Below are positions 24,585-36,400 of a stretch of DNA of 64,000 bases, piece by piece. The first letter of the stretch is position 1. Each line of letters opens with the position of its first letter. Source of the stretch: Podarcis muralis (Eukaryota); assembly GCF_964188315.1 (NCBI RefSeq), contig NC_135667.1, positions 9,300,001 to 9,364,000 on the forward strand. The letters are read 5' to 3'. The position numbers and the translations under genes are program-made. The notes below the pieces were generated by a model that was not told the DNA's origin, did no database searches, and saw only the letters and a program-made list of their open reading frames with translations.

Positions 24585-27500
24585 TCAATGCTGTCTCCTC
24601 ATTATCTGCTCCCTGCTGTTCAGTTCAGGCCTCAGCAAAATGATGTAGCACTTAGGGAAAAAGATGCATCCCAGAAGCACAGCACTGGAGGCCAAGATGG
24701 AGAAGATCTCCACAGCCACCATGCCTTTCCCTCTGGTGCTCAGGTAAGTTGGAACAAAGGACAACCAAACACTGCAAAATGCCAACATGCTGAATGTAAT
24801 GAACTTTGCTTCATTAAAACTGTCAGGTAACTTGCGGGCAAGGAAGGCCACAATGAAGCTGCTGATGGCCAGGAGACCCATGTAGCCCAGGACACAATAA
24901 AACATGGTGACAGACCCTTCATTACACTGTACAATGATTTCTTCATTCACTGAATGCATGTCTAAATCAGGGAATGGGGGAAAGGTTGAGAGCCACACTG
25001 TGCAAAAGCCCAATTGAACCAGTGAACAACAAACAGCAATTGAATAAGATACTTTCTTCCCCACCCATTTCTTCACTCTTGATCCTGGTTTTGTGGCCAT
25101 GAATGCTAGAGAAACAATGCTGGTCTTGGCCAACATGCAAGAAACAGCTACTGAGAAAATGATTCCAAATGTTGGTTGTCGGAGAAGGCAGGTCACATTC
25201 CCAGGTTGGCCAATGAATAGCAAAGAGGAGAGGAAGCAGAGCAGGAGGGAGACCAGGAGAATGTAAGTGAGGTCCCGGTTGTTGGCTTTGACAATGGGGG
25301 TATCTTTATGCTTAATAAAGGTAGCAAACACTAAGGTTGTGATGAAAGAAAAAGAAGCCGTAACTGAAGCTAAGCCTTTTCCTACAGGTTCTTCATAAGA
25401 CAAAAAATTAATGATTTTGGGGTTGCATTGACTTCTGTTCTTGCTTGGATACTGGTCTTCTGGGCATTTGAAACAGTCTTCCATATCTGTAAAAGGGGTT
25501 GAGGTGGGGGAATTCCAAATTAGTGGCAATTCATTGGATATAGCAAAATATTTTCACTCTTTCTTATGGCAAGATGACATGACCTACCAGTTTGGTTTGA
25601 AATCTTCCCATCTGGACATGGAGCACAATCATAGCAGCAAAATTTTTCACCCTCCTTCCTTTTCTTCTGATGACCAGGATGGCAACATTCATTACACACA
25701 GAAAGGGGAACAACCTGTCCATATACATTTTTTGTTTTTTGTTTTTTAAAAGAATTAGTTATATTGAAAAAATATATTTCTCACTTACTGATGAAGTATC
25801 ATAAAAATAGAGAAAGCCATGCAGCACATTCAAATGAAATTAAATAATCAATGATATATAGATGCAGGATGTTTGTACCAGAGTAACTTGTTTTATTTAC
25901 AGTAATAAGTATTCTGTTTCCCCTCTGCCATTGGTTTATGTGAAATTGTAATTATCATGGCTGATCTCATAGAGGTGCCTCTAGGTAAATTGCCTGAAAA
26001 TGTTCAGAAGAATACATGCAGTAATGACAAAATCATGATGAATGTAATACAGGTTGAAGCTTTTGTTCTTATCATGATTGTCATCAAGGTGACCTTAAAG
26101 GTCAGAGGATGTTACTATGATTTGGCAGAACCTGAATAGCCAACATTTCCGTAAAAATCCTCCCCATTCATTCCTGATTCTACTTTATTCCAGCCTGCCA
26201 TGACTGAGTGTGTCTTTACTACTTGTAGAATTGCCATAATGCCCCTTTTGAACTTGCAACACATAGAGTTGTTCTTTTTTGATTCCAGTGGTCTTGCTAA
26301 TGTGGTTTGATTTTATAGTATGCAATGATTATTTTTCTATGATATCTTGTGAACCACTTAGAGACTATTGTAGTTAAGTGGAATATGAGCAAAAACAAAG
26401 AAGACGTCACATTGGTGTCAGATAGTAACTCAGACCATTGAGACAGTAATGTCAGGCAGGGGTTTTCCAATGTCATTCCTGGAGATGCTAAAGACTGAAC
26501 ATGGAACCCTTTGCATGGAAAACAGATGCTCTACAATTGAGCTCCAACTCTTTCACATGCAACATGCAAAGGCACTGTAATGAGTTGTTGAATAGAAATG
26601 GACCTTAAGAGACCACATGGTTAATCTAGTACAATCCAATTTCTGCTGAAGTGATATGGTGGTGTACATTTCATTGTTGAGATACTGCATTACAAGAGCA
26701 AAGAAATGGGACAAAGGAGGCAGACAGGCAAGACAGCTCATGAAGATAATGTTGTCAGGAAGGCACAATCTTTGTATAATGGTGTGTGCCAATCTGAACA
26801 TTCTATATGGTTTATTTTGGTAGATCATGACATCAATGTAGTTGGCATAATGTGATGTACAGAAGGACACCCTTTGTGAAATGTACTGATAATGCCAAGA
26901 GTCCTAATGTCAAATGGAGCCCAGCAGAAATGACAGCATAATACCCACCCACCCAAGAGTGAAGGAGGGAAAAGAGCATCAACAGGGTCATAGATCCCTC
27001 CAGCTCCTTCCCAAGCTGGACAAGTGCTAACTAGAGTTTGGGGAGCACGTTGAAGATTCTTTGACCCTTCTAGATCTCTCACACCTCCTTCCCATAGCTG
27101 GGCAAATGCTTACTAGGAGTCCCCTCTGCTTTGAACTGGTTTGGGAGGAACTGTTTTTGCTGCCCTGAAACCTCCTCTGGTTTTTGAATGTGAAAGGAAA
27201 AATTGAATTCAGGTGCCATTGCCATGTTGGGTTATGGAGAAAAGATCACTCCTGACTTCATAGTTCAATACAATGGGTTCTCCAACATAGACGTAGATTC
27301 AATACCTCATTAAAATATCCATGCCACACAATTTTATTCTCACTAATGGTAATTGCTTTCCTATCAGCAACATGTGGAGCAACACTTCCAACTTTTATTC
27401 TCTGAAAGGAATTGTTGGGAAAGGTGACCAGGTTCATGATGTCAAATCCACCACTTATTTCCCATTGATCATTAAAGGAAATGGTTTCTCCAGCTGAATT

Positions 27501-30217
27501 GTTAAATGAGATGCCTTGAAGAAAGCGGTGGAGCTATTTCAAAAGTAAAAGGAAAGAAATCAAGACAAAATAGCAGCATGCTGAAGATTTCAGAATATCT
27601 TCCTTATTTATTCAAGGAGGACAAAAAATAATGTATTCTTACCATGTAGCCATCAGTCATTGAAATAAGAATAGTTTGTTGAGAAGAAATTACCTGCCAA
27701 GGCTGCAGAGACTGATGTTTGACACTGTTACCAACTGCCTTTGATTTATGTTTGGATCCAGCCAAGACCATGGCATTCAAAGCATGAGCCAAAGCATAAA
27801 CAGCATTATAGATACTGTAGCTGTGTCCAGTCATGTGCATTTCAAAAAGACCTGCAGGGAGACTTTCTGGCCTCTCCTCTCCAGTACATGTGTCATCATC
27901 CATCACAGGCATACCTGGATCTGGAAAGGAACAATCAAATGCTTGCTCCCAGAAATTTTGGAGGAAACCATCTCTTTTTGTCCTGTAAGGTTTTATATTC
28001 TGAAGAAATTCCCTGAAACCTTGGACCTCTTTTGTGTGAATAGCAAATAAAATGGCACCCTGGAACATCTGGAAATCCCATCCTCTTGTACCACCAGTTA
28101 ATATAAAATCTGTCTGGGTTGTCACAATCCACACCTTTCCAAATAATGGGTTTTTTGTATTTCCTGAATCTTGTGAATGCATAAAAGTTCTCAGCCGTAA
28201 AATTCTTAAAGATTCTCCATACATTATAACTGTACTAGCTTTACAATCTGGGAAAGATATATGAATTTCACTGGAATCATAAAACTGATTTATTAAATCC
28301 TCCATAAGATTTCCTTTGGGGATTCTTTTGGTGAAAGCTGAACAGATTCCATGTCTGAAAATCAATGGCTCCAGTATTTTTAGGAATTGTTCTCCACTGT
28401 TATCATCCACAACAAAGAGCACAACCCAGGTCCACCTAAAATGCTGAAGTAACCATATAATTCCCATATACTGAAGGTCTTCGTTTGGGACCATGTGGTA
28501 AACGGGGGGAACTTCCACTATTTTGGTCTCATCTATGGTAAATGAGCCATATGTAAGCTGTAAGAAAGAAGAGAAGAAGAAGAGTTTGTATTTGATATCC
28601 CGCCTTTCACTCCCTTTAAGGAGTCTCAAAGCGGAGAACATTCTCCTTTCCCTTCCTCCCCCACAACAAACACTCTGTGAGGTGAGTGGGGCTGAGAGAC
28701 TTCAAAGAAGTGTGACTAGCCCACGGTCACCCAGCAGCTGCAGGTGGAGGAGCGGAGACGCGAACCCGGTTCCCCAGATTAGGAGACTACCGCTCTTAAC
28801 CACTACACCACACTGGCACAGATAAGAGGTAAATATTTAGAGGTACTCTAAATATTTCAGAGGTATGTTAGGAGTACTCTTAATATTTCAGAAGGCACTT
28901 ATTAGGAACTTCTGCATGGCAAAATATATTTTTCCAAAAAAAATTGACGTTGTTGAGAGATAGGAACTTTTTCTGGCTGAAATTTCTCAAGTTATGGAAA
29001 TGTTCATTATATATGAAAAAACAAAAATACACTATATCACCAACTCTTTCTTCTTAACCATCACATTATTACAAGTTGTAAAATCAGAAGGATATAATAC
29101 TACCACCAGCAGCCATGCACATATCCTACCTGTGGTATCTTATATAAACCTAAGACATCCATCAAATGGAAAGAAGTGTCAGAGCTAAGTCCTCCAATGA
29201 CAGCTAATAGGTTTTTCTCTGTGGCACATTTGTAGTTGGGCAGAAACCTATGTGACTTGAAGATCTGATCCAATGCAGTGTGAAAGGTCATCCTTGCATC
29301 ATAATAGGTGTCAGAGATGTGGAAACCAAGTGTCACGTTAGGTAGTATTTTGGGGTTCTTGTTGATTTCATTTATGGCAAACACCAAGGCTAGAACATGT
29401 TGGTAGAACTTGGTAACGACACTGTCAGAAGTATTACTCTCATTAATTCAGAAGAAAAGTCTGAAATGTGTGAATTCTTTATGCTACAAACCTAGTCATA
29501 CCTGTGCGTAACTGAGTTGAGTTTATTTACAGCAAAAGCCAAGGGATATACATGTTGCCAGAACTTGGTCACTCTCCTGACAATAGACATTTTTTTCTAA
29601 TTCCAATGTTGTATCTACAATTCATGAAACTGTTATGCTGTAATCCCACTAATCTACATGAGCACTTGAATCTCACAAGACTGGGAATATATTTTACATT
29701 TGTTCCTGACTCCCCACAGTCAACTATCGCCCTACTTGCCAGCCAAACCTTTCTCTATGCTTTGTCATATATAACATATGGATTTTTTAAAAAAAATCTG
29801 TAATGCATAGTGCCTTGTCATGTCCTGAGAAAAATATATCAAGATATTTAATCTCTCTTTCCAGTGCACAAGGAATAAACATAGAGATTACTTCTTAATG
29901 TTTTATAACTCCCCATTAAAAAATATTTACAGCAACCATATTTTCTCTAAATTTACAAAATTCATGTAATTTAAACAGTTCAGATAAGAGGATGCTTACT
30001 GTGGGATGTCAAAGAGGTTCTGAGCAGGATGTTCCTTGAACCAAACTTCATGGAAAAAGTAAAAGAACAGAGAAGTAATTTGACCAATGAGGAGACCACC
30101 TGGCTGGTACCATTCATGTGGTATAGGCAGGGGATCACCTGTGAGACATTTCAGGGGACCTACTTTGGGCACAATGGAAGACAAAAGAAGAAGAAGAAGC
30201 AATGTTTTTCCTAACAT
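24585..30217 (-). CDS. V2R gene C, intact
   Basis: Exons 30217-30000, 29421-29130, 28557-27694, 27533-27306, 25714-25588, 25486-24585; GT-AG, phases compatible, no stops seen. Confidence 0.92.
28566..28817 (-). mobile_element. tRNA-derived squamate SINE (Squam3-like), copy 2
   Basis: Near-identical to 3026-3277; absent at the same site in A, B and D. Confidence 0.88.
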
Positions 30218-30621
30218 GCTTTCCTCAAAGCTTCTTTCTACATATAAGTTGCCCTGCACCTATTTCCGTACATAGAGCTTATAAAAGGCAACAGAGAAAA
30301 AATGTCAGAGAGAGCGTTGATTGCCTCTTACATTTAATCCGAATTTCCCATAGCACATGTGTTCATTTATAATCTCTTTCAGACTTGCTTGCTGACTGTT
30401 TTCTCCTACCCTTTTGAAAGTCTCTGGAGCTTTGACCACCTGAGCAAATGATAGTGCTGTAGGTAATTGTGTGTTTATGAGGGGAAATTAACATTTTATA
30501 CCCCTTTTTTGGCATCAAGAAGCAGTAGGATATCAAAGGGAAAGGCTGTGTTGAGAATGTCTGTAGTATTTTATGCAAAACACCAGAACACACAACTTTG
30601 ATATAATTTCTTATAAATATA

Positions 30622-30855
30622 CAGTGGTGCCTCGGGTTAAGAACTTAATTTGTTTTGGAGGTCCTTTCTTAACCTGAAACTGTTCTTAACCTGAGGTACC
30701 ACTTTAGCTAATGGGGCCTCCCGTTGCTGCCGCCGCACCGTTTCTGTTCTTATCCTGAAGCAAAGTTCTTAACCCAAGGTACTATTTCTGGGTTAGCGGA
30801 GTCTGTAACATGAAGTGTTTGTAACCTGAAGCATCTGTAACCTAAGTTACCAATG
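30622..30855. mobile_element. Tigger-like MITE
   Basis: TA-CAGTGGTGCCTCGGGTT ... AAGTTACCAATG; internal sequence matches the reverse of 31321-31562. Confidence 0.8.
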
Positions 30856-30943
30856 CATCCTTTATTTTAGGCTTTATTAAAATGTTGCCATTACATCATG
30901 TGATGTGACATTGGTAAAATCTTATTGCCACTTTTTTATAGAG

Positions 30944-31200
30944 CATGGGTGGGCAAACTAAGGTCTAAATCCAGCCCACGTGTTTTTACATGAGTAGAAT
31001 GTGTCCTTTTATTTAAAATGCATCTCTGGGTTATTTGTGGGGCCTGTCTGGTGCTTTTACATGAGTAGAATGTGTGCTTTTATTTAAAATGCATCTCTGG
31101 GTTATTTGTGGGGCATAAGAATTTGTTCATTATTTCTTTTTCAAAATATAGTCTGGCCCCCCACAAGGTCTGAGGGACAGTGGACTAGCCCCTTGCTGAA
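30944..31200. mobile_element. Degenerate hAT-like MITE with internal about 71-bp tandem duplication
   Basis: CATGGGTGGGCAAACTAAGG start; TTTTACATGAGTAGAATGTGT...CATCTCTGGGTTATTTGTGGGGC occurs twice. Confidence 0.55.
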
Positions 31201-31320
31201 ATTGACAATCTTTGTTCCTCCCATTTCTCATTTCCCCATCAGAGTGGTGTTTTGGCCTATCAGGTACATCAGGGTGAACGATGTCTAATGAGGCCATTGT
31301 GTGCATGTCATGTTCATATA

Positions 31321-31562
31321 CAGTGGTACCTTGGGTTACATACGCTTCAGGTTACATATGCTTCAGGTTACAGACTCCACTAACCCAGAAATAATACCTC
31401 GGGTTAAGAACTTTGCTTCAGGATGAGAACAGAAATCGTGTTCCGGCGGCGCGGCAGCAGCAGGAGGCCCCATTAGCTAAAGTGGTGCTTCAGGTTAAGG
31501 ACAGTTTCAAGTTAAGAACGGACCTCCGGAATGAATAAAATACTTGACCCAAGGTACCACTG
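31321..31562. mobile_element. Tigger-like MITE
   Basis: TA-CAGTGGTACCTTGGGT ... ACCCAAGGTACCACTG-TA. Confidence 0.9.
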
Positions 31563-33465
31563 TACCCAAGCAGCATGCAGTGAAAGTGGAGGAGATTTCT
31601 TGATGCATGATGACAGCATGTGGTTGGCAGCAGGCTTAGGTAATGGGAGAGTTGAAACGCCCCCATTAAGCCACCTCACCATCCCAGCCTCATTGGTTTT
31701 TGTTTCTATAGTTATTATTTTTAATAAATACAACCTGTTGCACATCTTTCTTGTCTGGGTCTTCTTGGGTGTTGACAGATGTGTATTGCTTCCACCTTAG
31801 ACCATATCCTTACACTCTTTCAAGCGTGGTGCAGCTTAAATGGGATATGGTAATGCCCTTGGAGACCAGGGCTTTGACCCCTGCTCAGCCTGAACCCTGT
31901 CAGTGACCTTGAGCCAGCCATCATCATCATCATTCCATCATCATCATTTTATTTGTATGCCTCCTTTCCACAGTTAAAACGATGTTCAAGGCAGCTTACA
32001 ATATGAAAAGATTTAGATAATTACAAACATAGCAAAGTAGTCATAAAAAGAAATAAAAGACATCAAAAACACCATAACCAAACTGAACAATTTCCACATA
32101 AAAATAAAGATACAAAAAATTAATAGCAATAATAGCAAAACCTCCCGACAAAACTTTTCCCCAAATACCCTAGTCCTTGCTGGGCAGCAGCAGCAGCAGC
32201 AGTACTTATGAAGCCTGGCAGGCCGCTCCCTGGGCCAGGTGGAGAGAGGCAGGAAGGCGGCCTTCAGGCTCCCAGTCAGTGTCAGTCTTACCTTGCTCAC
32301 AGCTAAGGGAGAGTAGTACAATGTACACCACTTAAAATAAGAAATGTGGGTTATAAATGTAATTACAAAATAGAAGCCACTTCCTCTGATTTCCTTAACC
32401 TTTTCCTTCCAGTCTGCAAGAGCAGTAAAGAGAGTCAACAATGGAAAAAGGAAGCCTTAATGACCGTTTCTGTGCCTCCTAAGCAATTACCTATATTCTG
32501 CATTTTAAAAACCTTTTCTCTCTTTTTTAAGGGAGCAAGGGTGGTCCGACCTTAAATAGAGAATTGCAAGACATGTTCATGGAGAATCAGTACTCTATTT
32601 GGTGTAAAAGGTAAAAACTAAAGGAATCTGGATATTTAAGTCTAGTTGAATTTGACTGTGGGGTGCGGTGCTCACCTCCACTTTCAGGCCCAGGGTGCCG
32701 GCGTTTGTCCACAGACAGCTTTCCCAGTCATGTGTCCTGATGACTATGCGCTTCTGGCACAATGGAACATTGTAACGGAAGCCAGAGTGCACAGAAACAC
32801 TGTTTACCTTCCTACCATAGAGGTACCTATTTATCTACTATTGCTGGTAATGCTGGGACCAAGCAATGGGAGTTCACTCCGTCACACACATACCATACTT
32901 TTTTCCCCCTGAAATCATTTTTATTTCATATTACAAATGTAAATTAATTACAATACCAAATACATATCGATAAAATGAGATTTCTCTGAATCTCAGGACT
33001 TCACCCCATCCCCTAATGGGTCCTATTGTCAAGATTTCCAACTGCATATTATTTCATAGTCTATTTTTTTGTATCTATCCATATTGTCCATAGTATTTCT
33101 TACAATACGAGTGAGATTAAAATCCTGCTAATGTTTTTATCTGCTTACAGTGGTCTCCTAAATATGTTATGAACTTTTCCCATTATCTCTTGAATTTCTT
33201 GTCTTCTTCGTCGATGAGTTTTCCAGTTAGTTTTGCCATTTCAGTGTAATCTTGCAGCTTAGCTTGCCATTCCTCTCTAGTAGGTAAACCACAAACCCTC
33301 TGGAGCTTTATGATAGCAAAGTCAACATATTATTTGTGCAACATTAAAAAAAACCCCGGAAAATAATTGTTCTTGCATTTGAAACCCAAAAAATCATCCC
33401 ATATGGTGCCAAAATACTTGACCATCAAGCAAAACAGTATGATTGGAGAAAAGAGGACGAATTCC

Positions 33466-36400
33466 TCAATGTTGTCTCCTCATTATCTGCTCCCTGCTGT
33501 TCAGTTCAGGCCTCAGCAAAATGATGTAGCACTTAGGGAAAAACATGCATCCCAGAAGCACAGCACTGGAGGCCAAGATGGAGAAGATCTCCACAGCCAC
33601 CATGCCTTTCCCTCTGGTGCTCAGGTAAGTTGGAACAAAGGACAACCAAACACTGCAAAATGCCAACATGCTGAATGTAATGAACTTTGCTTCATTAAAA
33701 CTGTCAGGTAACTTGCGGGCCAGGAAGGCCACAATGAAGCTGCTGATGGCAAGGAGACCCATGTAGCCCAGGACACAATAGAACATGGTGACAGACCCTT
33801 CATTACACTGTACAATGATTTCTTCATTCACTGAATGCATGTCTAAATCAGGGAATGGGGGAAAGGTTGAGAGCCACACCGTGCAAAAGCACAATTGAAC
33901 CAGTGAACAACAAACAGCAATTGAATAAGATACTTTCTTCCCCATCCATTTCTTCACTCTTGATCCTGGTTTTGTGGCCATGAATGCTAGAGAAACAATG
34001 CTGGTCTTGGCCAACATGCAAGAAACAGCTACTGAGAAAATGATTCCAAATGTTGGTTGTCGGAGAAGGCAGGTCACATTCCCAGGTTGGCCAATGAATA
34101 GCAAAGAGGAGAGGAAGCAGAGCAGGAGGGAGACCAGGAGAATGTAGGTGAGGTCCCGGTTGTTGGCTTTGACAATGGGGGTATCTTTATGCTTAATGAA
34201 GGTAGCAAACACTAAGGTTGTGATGAAAGAAAAAGAAGCCGTAACTGAAGCTAAGCCTTTCCCTAAAGGTTCTTCATAAGACAAAAAATTAATGATTTTG
34301 GGGTTGCATTGACTTCTGTTCTTGCTTGGATACTGATCTTCTGGGCATTTGAAACAGTCTTCCATATCTGTAAAAGGGGTTGAGGTGGGGGAATTCCAAA
34401 TTAGTGGCAATTCGTTGGATATAGCAAAATATTTTCACTCTTTCTTATGGCAAGATGACATGACCTACCAGTTTGATTTGAAATCTTCCCATCTGGACAT
34501 GGAGCACAATCATAGCAGCAAAATTTTTCACCCTCCTTCCTTTTCTTCTGATGACCAGGGTGGCAATATTCATTACACACAGAAAGGGGAACAACCTGTC
34601 CATATACATTTTTTGTTTTTTAAAAGAATTAGTTATATTGAAAATATATATTTCTCACTTACTGATGAAGCATCATAACAATAGAGAAAGCCGTACAGCA
34701 CATTAAAATGAAATGAAATAATCAATGATATATAGATGAAGGATGTTTGTGCCAGTGTAGCTTGTTTTATTTACAGTAATAAGTATTCTGTTTCCCCTCT
34801 GCCATTGGTTTATGTGAAGTTGTAATTATCATGGCAGATCTCATAGATGTGCCTCTAGGTAAGTTGCCTGAAAATGTTCAGAAGAATACATGCAGTAATG
34901 ACAAAATCATGATGAATGTAATACAGGTTGAAGCTTTTGTTCTTATCGTGATTGTCATCAAGGTGACCTTAAATGTCAGAGGATGTTACTATGATCTGGC
35001 AGAACCTGAATAGCCAATATTTTCATAAACATCACCCCCATACTCATTCCTGATTCTGCTTTATTCCATCTTGGCATAAATGAGTGCATCCTTACTACTT
35101 GTAGAATTTTTATGATGCCCCTTCCAGTGTTGTTCTTGTTTGATTCCAGTGGTCTTGCTAATGTGGTTTGATTTTATAGCACGCACTGATGATTTTTGTA
35201 TGATATCTTTATTAACCACTTAGAGACTATTGTAATTAAGTGGAATATGAATTATTTTTTAAAGAGCAGAAACACAGAAGACCTCACACTAGTGTCAGTA
35301 ACTCAGACCATTGAGACAGTGATGTTGAAATGTAGCACCAGCAATTCCCTAGAATTTCAGGCAGTCATTCCTGGAGATGCTAAAGACTGAACATGGGACC
35401 CTTTGCATGGAATACATATGCTCTCCAATTGAGCTCCAACTCTTTCACATGTAACATGCAAAGGCACTGTAATGAGTTGTTGAATTGAAATGGACCTTAA
35501 GAGCCCACATGGTTCATCTAGTACAATCCAATTTCTGCTGAAGTGATATGGTGGTGTACATTTCATTGTTGAGATACTGCATTACAAGAGCAAAGAAATG
35601 GGTCAAAAGAGGCAAACAGGCAAGACAGCTCACTAAGATAATGTTGTCAGGGAGACACAATCTTTGTGTAGTGGTGTGTGCCAATCCAAACATTTTCTAT
35701 GGTTTATTTTGGTAGATCATGACATCCATGTAGCTGGCACAATGTGATGTACTAAAAGACACCCTTTATTAAATGTATTGATAATGCAATTAGTCTTAAT
35801 TTCAAATGGAGCCCAGAAGACATGGCAGCATAATACCCACCCACCCAAGAGTGAAGGAGGGGAAAGAGCATCAACAGCGTCATAGATCCCTCCCAGCTCC
35901 TTCCCAAGCTGGGCAAGTGCTTACTGGGAGCCTCCTCTGCTTTGTGCCTAGTGTGGGAGGAACTGTTTGCGCTGCCCTGAAACTAGTTTCTGAATGTGAA
36001 AGGAAAAACTGAATTCACTCTAGAGTTTCAGGTGTCATTGCCATGTTGGGTTATGGAGAAAAGATTACTCCTGACTTCATAGTTCAATACAAGATGACTT
36101 CACAAATTTGTGGTCAGGAAAAATCCATGCCAAATTGCTGTCCTATGAGATCTCGCCCACTGAATTGCTCAAACTGGATCTAAATGTGGCAAAAAGGTGT
36201 ATAAAACAAAGGCTGGATGATGCGGAGCTATACCAAAATTTCGTAGCTGGTGGTGGAGCCTGCTCGCCGTTAAATTTCGGCATAACCCCTATCTACCGCG
36301 CTCCGTCCTATTTAATATCGCTTATGGCCGCGTCTTACCAATATGCCTTCATTAGAGCTAGGTTTAATGTCTTTCCAACAAACGTGCTGAGACATAGATT

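Noticed and set aside
26935-26960. CWAPF-like peptide suggesting a nested class A GPCR
   Set aside because: The motif is short, not preserved in frame across paralogs and lacks the other GPCR motifs.
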